Source of the DNA: Neophaeotheca triangularis
Taxonomy: Eukaryota
Direction of reading: 5' to 3'
Assembly: GCA_054600435.1 (NCBI GenBank)
Contig: BAAIJX010000005.1
Coordinates: forward strand, 124,001 to 188,000
DNA length: 64,000 nt
Below the pieces are notes generated by a model. The model searched no databases. It was given only the letters and a program-made list of their open reading frames with translations, and was not told the DNA's origin. Position numbers and translations under genes: made by a program. This document shows, one piece after another, positions 57,910 through 64,000 of this stretch (position 1 is the stretch's first letter; each line of letters opens with the position of its first letter).

Positions 57910-60900
57910 ATGTCGCAAAGCGGCGACGTTAGCAGAGCGTCTCGTCCGCCAACTTCACCCAGCTCGCTCAAGAGAAAGCGAGAGAACTACCCTCTTTCGC
58001 CAACTCACTCCGGCCTTGGTGAAGCTTCCAAACCAGCAAAGCTGAATCGCTCCACCTCCGCCGCCAGCTCTGCTTTTCGCAACAATTCAGCCACAAATGG
58101 TAATAGCGCCACGCAATACAGATCGCCAGGCTCCGACGGAGTTCACCAATCTGACTCGGGAGATCTATTGCAAGGTGTAGGGTCCGCAAGTTCACTTGCA
58201 AGCACCGCATCTTCAGTTTTCAGCCACAGCTCACAGGCTCAGCCTCACAATAGCAAGGCGTCGGCATTGAACGGCCTCACTCCCCTTACTTCCCGCACAG
58301 AGACCTCGCCACCGCATGCGACAACGCCGGCTGCAAGCAAAAGCGCACCCAACATGTCCTCCGCCAATGGAGGTCTTGCCACCGCCAATATGCCAGCCTC
58401 AGACCTTGCACCTGATACCTCGCAAACGTCGCGCCCACAAATGCTCCCTCCTCAAGGCACAGCGAAAGGGTACAGAGCGGTTTGGGATCCGGAATTGGAT
58501 GGCAAGCTCAGCAAAGAAGAGCGAAAACGGGCACAACCCAAAAAGAGAGAATTCGGTCTCGAGGTACGCTATATCTCATTTCATCATCTGCTGAGCTTGC
58601 GCAATATCATACACATAACTTGAGAAACGCGAAGAAAAAAACTGCTCTGTACCCTTTCGCTGACAATGAGGATAACTAGACATATGAGCCTGATCCGCCA
58701 CCTGATCCGCGGCTTGCGATTCCTGGCTACATGTCTGGCAATTGCAGGCCAAAGGACAAGCCGAGCAAGGCGATTCTGCGTATTGCACCCTACACGCTTG
58801 CGCCCTATAAGATCGATAGGTACTCGGTTGGGCCTGGCGAACCGCAGCAAATTTGCGTGGTTGGGTTTGATCCGTTCATGCCGGAAACCCACCTGCGAAC
58901 CAACTTCGGGCAGTTTGGAAGCATCGCACAAGTCCAGAATAAGATCAATCCGAATACTGGAAGTTTTCTCGGCATTGCCCTTATCAAATACAGGGACTCC
59001 GTGAGAGATGGCCAGGAAGTTTTGGCTACAGCCGCGGCGAAGCGCGCGGAGATGGAGATGCACGGGCAGCGGATCAACCAGCACACCGTGAGGGTCGAGT
59101 GTGATCGTGAGGGTCGGAGATGCAAGCGCCATGTCGAGCATGTTCTGGAGCGGACTCGGAAAGAGCAACAAAAAGAACGACCTTTCTTGGCACAGCCTGC
59201 GCCACCGCCAAACGAATCCCAAGGGGGAACGCCTGCGAAGACAGATCCCCCAGCCCCTCCGCTGAATGCGCCGAAAGGTCCGTCGGGTGCGCCAAAAGGG
59301 CCTTCAGGCAAGTCCTCGATACCTTCAGGGCCATCTGCTGCATTCAAGCCACCGGAAGGCCCAAAAGCTGCTGCTGCGCCGAATCCAAGATCGTTGGCTG
59401 CTTCTTTGATTGAAGAGGAGCCCATTTTGGGCAAGATCAAGAGGAAGCCGTACATTCATATCCCGCATAGCTCGGTACCTGTACTGGGAACCACGATTCC
59501 TCATCTGAAGAAGCGGCTCAAGGCATACGACTGGCGGGAGATTAGGCTTGACAGATCCGGTTACTATGTAATCTTCGAAGATTCCAAGCGCGGCGAGGAT
59601 GAGACTGAACGCACATTCAATGAGTGCAACAGGGCCGCCCTGTTCACGTACAACATGGAGATGGAGTGTCAGAAATACGGCAACCCGAACTACGAACGCA
59701 GCCCGAGTCCTGAGCGTGTTATCGCTGAGAAGAAAACACGGGAAAGCTTCGAGCGGCTGAAACGCGAAGAAGAGGAAGACATGGAGATTGAGAAGCAGCG
59801 GCGCGCTGAGAACCTGGATCCGGTACTTGGCGCTCTCGAACAGCTTCGTACTGAACTACGCGACAGGATCATGAGCGATATCAAGACGAGAATAGCGATT
59901 CCCATCTTCCACGACAGCCTCGACCCAGCTCAGCACGTTGCGAAGCGCCGGAAGCTCGGTCTGCCTGACGCATCCGATCATGAGAATAAGGCTCCCGCTA
60001 TTCTTCTGAGCAAGGCAGGCGACGCGCCCAGTGCCTCGCGATCACGATTTGGGCAGTCTTCGAAGCCTCTGCGCCCGCACGACCCGAATCAACAGCGCCG
60101 TGGTGGTAGACTTGGTGATCGTGACAGAGACAGGACCGGAGCCAATGCTTACACTGATGAACGGAGGAGAAGACCTCCGCCACGACCGGTGCACGCGCGT
60201 GGTTTGCATTACCGCTTGCAACAAATGTACGATCAAGACGAAGACTCGGACGATGAGCGTCGTACCTCGCCAAACAGGGACACCGAAGAGCAGGAGAGCA
60301 GGCCACTCAGTCGCAACTCGACACCTTTCGATTCGGAGTCTTTGGCTGACGATACGCCTAAGCACAAACGCAGAAAGGCTAGTGAGTGGGAAGAGGAGGA
60401 TAAGGAGACGTTTGATGCGCTACAGAAACAGTTGATCGGCCATCTCTTGCATAAGGAGCCAGAGGACCTTGCGACTCGCGAATTGGAGCTCGTCATCGGC
60501 ACCTTGCCCCGAACCTCGAGATACTGCGCTCGCGCCAAAACAGAGCTGTTCATTCGCCAGAAGGCCAAGGAAGACGATGCACTGTTCTCAGTCAAAGGAG
60601 AAGTCAAGAAGGAGGTTCCCGAGGATGTTACCATGGGCGGACAAGAGCAAGAGCAAGAGAGCACACCGGCTGTGGAGGATACCAAGGCTGTCAAGGAGAG
60701 GGCCAAGAAGAAGCGCAAGACCAAGAAGCAGATTCTCGAGGAACAGGAGGCTCTGAAAGCTGAGGCTGAGGAAGCTGCCGCTGCGCAGAAGCCAGTCGAA
60801 CCGGCTACGATTGAAAAAATCAATCAAAAGAAGATTGAGCTTGAAGTCGCGGAAGACAATGAGTACCGCGAAGTGGATTTGCGCGTTTCCCTGGGCAAGC

Positions 60901-61983
60901 CCAAGCGTACAGTCGCCGACAACGCTTCCGTGGTGCTTGATATTGACGGCTGGCAGCACACCATTAAGGACGATGAGGACATGCAATATGCCCGTAAAGC
61001 GTTGGAACAAGAGCGAATGGCGACTATCGGCGACGCAAAACTCTGGGCCTGGAAGCAGAAGCAGATCAAAATCCTCAACAATGGTGGCGCGGGTGGCATT
61101 TCTCACGGACGGCAGACCGGTATTTCCGGCTACTACGTGCCCAACCCAACAGGCAGCGCCCGCACCGAAGGTGTCAAGAAGATCTTGAACGAGGAGAAGT
61201 CTAAGTATCTTCCCCATCGCATCAAAGTCCAGCGAGCTCGCGAGGAACGCCAAGCAGAAGCCAAAGCGAACCCGACCGCTGCCGCTGAAGCCGCAAAGAC
61301 TGTTGCCGCGGAGAAACTGATCAGCACCGCCACCTCGCGCTCCAACCGCGTGAACAACCGCCGCCTTGTCAACGACATCAACCTGCAGAGAGAGGCCATG
61401 GCCGCAAGCTCCGGTGGTGCGTCCACTGACGCCGACACAGCCATCCGCTTCAATCAGCTCAAAAAGCGCAAGAAGCTCGTTAAGTTTGACCGCTCTGCAA
61501 TCCACGGATGGGGACTATACGCCGAAGAAAACATCGCAGTGAACGACCTCATCATCGAGTACGTGGGTGAAAAAGTGCGACAAAAGGTCGCCGACTTGCG
61601 CGAGATCAAGTACGAGAAGCAAGGCGTGGGCAGCTCGTATTTGTTCCGCATGATGGACGATGAGATCGTTGACGCGACAAAGAAGGGTGGGATTGCGCGT
61701 TTCATCAACCATTCGTGCAGTCCGAATTGCACAGCAAAGATCATCAAGGTTGAGGGCACGCCAAGGATCGTCATTTATGCTTTGAAGGATATTGGAAAGA
61801 GTGAGTTTGTTTCGATGCCCATTCTCGGCATTCTTCCCGAAAAGAGAGCCTTTGGTTGCTAACTTTTCTTCTCTTACAGACGAGGAGTTGACTTACGACT
61901 ACAAGTTCGAGCGCGAGATTGGCAGCACCGATCGCATCCCTTGTCTCTGCGGTTCTGCTAACTGCAAGGGGTTTTTGAACTGA
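57910..61983 (+). CDS. SET1: Histone H3K4 methyltransferase Set1; 3 exons (introns 58564-58679, 61801-61879)
   Basis: RRM, n-SET with GSARTEG, SET domain [11 protein letters not shown]...IEYVGE...[16 protein letters not shown], and post-[16 protein letters not shown]. Confidence 0.96.
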
Positions 61984-62664
61984 TCGGTTCGTGCGACGAT
62001 AGCACTGGCTGTTCAACAGCGAGCTGGGCTTTGAAGAGATGAGAGTGATTCAACACTGCGGGTCGCTTGCCATTGGCTCGGACCGGCTAATACTTGACGA
62101 GCTAGTTCTAGAGGGACGGATGTCAAGCCGTCGACAGCATTGCGCCCGGAGAGGACGCTGTATTCAAGCACGGGCTTGGTAGGGCTTGGGGAGAAGGATA
62201 GCCCTCTTGCGGCTGCTTCGACCCAGTGTTCAAGAACGACCCAGGGGGTTTGGGGAGACACGTATAACATTGAGAGGTGAAATGAACGACACCTCGTAGC
62301 AGTGTAGCAGCAGAGTTGGTCTACGATGCGGCAAACTGCTCTGTATCAACCCTTCTTCGAAAGACATTTGTGTGCCTCGTTATGCCGAACCCTCTTTCCA
62401 CATGGCTCACGTGATATAGCGCGGAAAGCGGGCATTGGCTTCCAATTCTGTTTCAGAAGCCGGGACCTTGCAGCAGGCCGATTGACCCCGCCGCCGTGCC
62501 CGGTCGCCGACGTCAACTTCACCTGCGAATGCAGCTTACGGGCAACACGCTTCTAAACATACCTCACCCACAGCTCCATACCTTTGCACCAGCACATTGG
62601 CATTGAATCGCAGCATCAACCCCTCACAAACCAAATTGATCGCAAACAGCACAACTCAAACATC

Positions 62665-63426
<762 letters not shown>

Positions 63427-64000
63427 GTGAGATGCGAGAACTCTTGCATACCTGCAGCTACATGACGATTGTATGTCTGAGAACGAGGAGTTGACAGAGC
63501 TGGTCGCGCGTGGAACGCCCGGCAGTACCCCTTAGCGGGCCACGGAAGACACGGCGGCTTCGATAGGACGCCCTGATGAAAGAAACACCCGACGTAAGTA
63601 GAAGTAGTGCGCGGGTAAGGATCATACTTTGCCAACTTTCTCCTTGAAGACTGTATGACCGTCGTGTCAAAAAGATAAAAATGTCCGCAGGAATACAATC
63701 GGAAAAGGCGTCCAGGTTACTTGACTAGAGCTCTGGACCCAAAAAAGCGCAAAAAGATCGATAAGCTAACTCCAATAAGAGAAACCCCCCCACCCACCGG
63801 TATGTGAATGACAAATCCCATAGTGAGTCGGCTGAGGACAGCACCTCCTAGATATGAACTGCAAGGTGCAGTCTTACCCGGGTACCTACCTAATAGGAAG
63901 GTAGGCAACAGCTGTCGCGCGCGAGTCAGACGTTACCAAGCAGAATAGAAGGTGAGGTGAGGTCCGATGAGAAAGGGAGAGCTAGCCCATATCGGCAGGA

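Noticed and set aside
58564..58679. Intronic snoRNA in SET1 intron 1
   Set aside because: No box C (RTGATGA) on the sense strand and no clear H/ACA architecture.

Overview
Gene-dense, intron-containing fungal genomic DNA. Short GT-AG introns with CTRAC branch points point to a filamentous ascomycete, and the gene style suggests a Dothideomycete (inference, not a database result). About 24 protein-coding genes can be supported. Left to right: MSH4; an MFS transporter; a mycosporine (UV-sunscreen) cluster (ATP-grasp ligase, O-methyltransferase, DDGS); nitrilase; kinesin-7; a small hypothetical; carboxy-muconate cyclase; DGA1; STK19-like; a large low-complexity protein; GH43; a small secreted ORF; GPD1; a Cys-rich secreted protein; ornithine aminotransferase; a small TM protein; a HeLo-like/ubiquitin-like-domain gene; FCF1; CSI2-like; SET1; RIB4. 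Four observations stand out. (1) The MFS gene between MSH4 and the mycosporine cluster is intact except for two in-frame TAG codons where Trp is expected, which fits either restorative A-to-I editing or mild RIP. (2) A four-exon secreted precursor that the ORF track shows only in fragments has two paralogous 8-Cys domains separated by a Kex2-type KR site, resembling a killer toxin or effector. (3) The HeLo-like gene appears to start at ACG in a strong Kozak context. (4) The mycosporine cluster may extend to a transporter and a C-N hydrolase. No intact transposon, rRNA, tRNA or CRISPR array was seen. Exon boundaries were read by eye.
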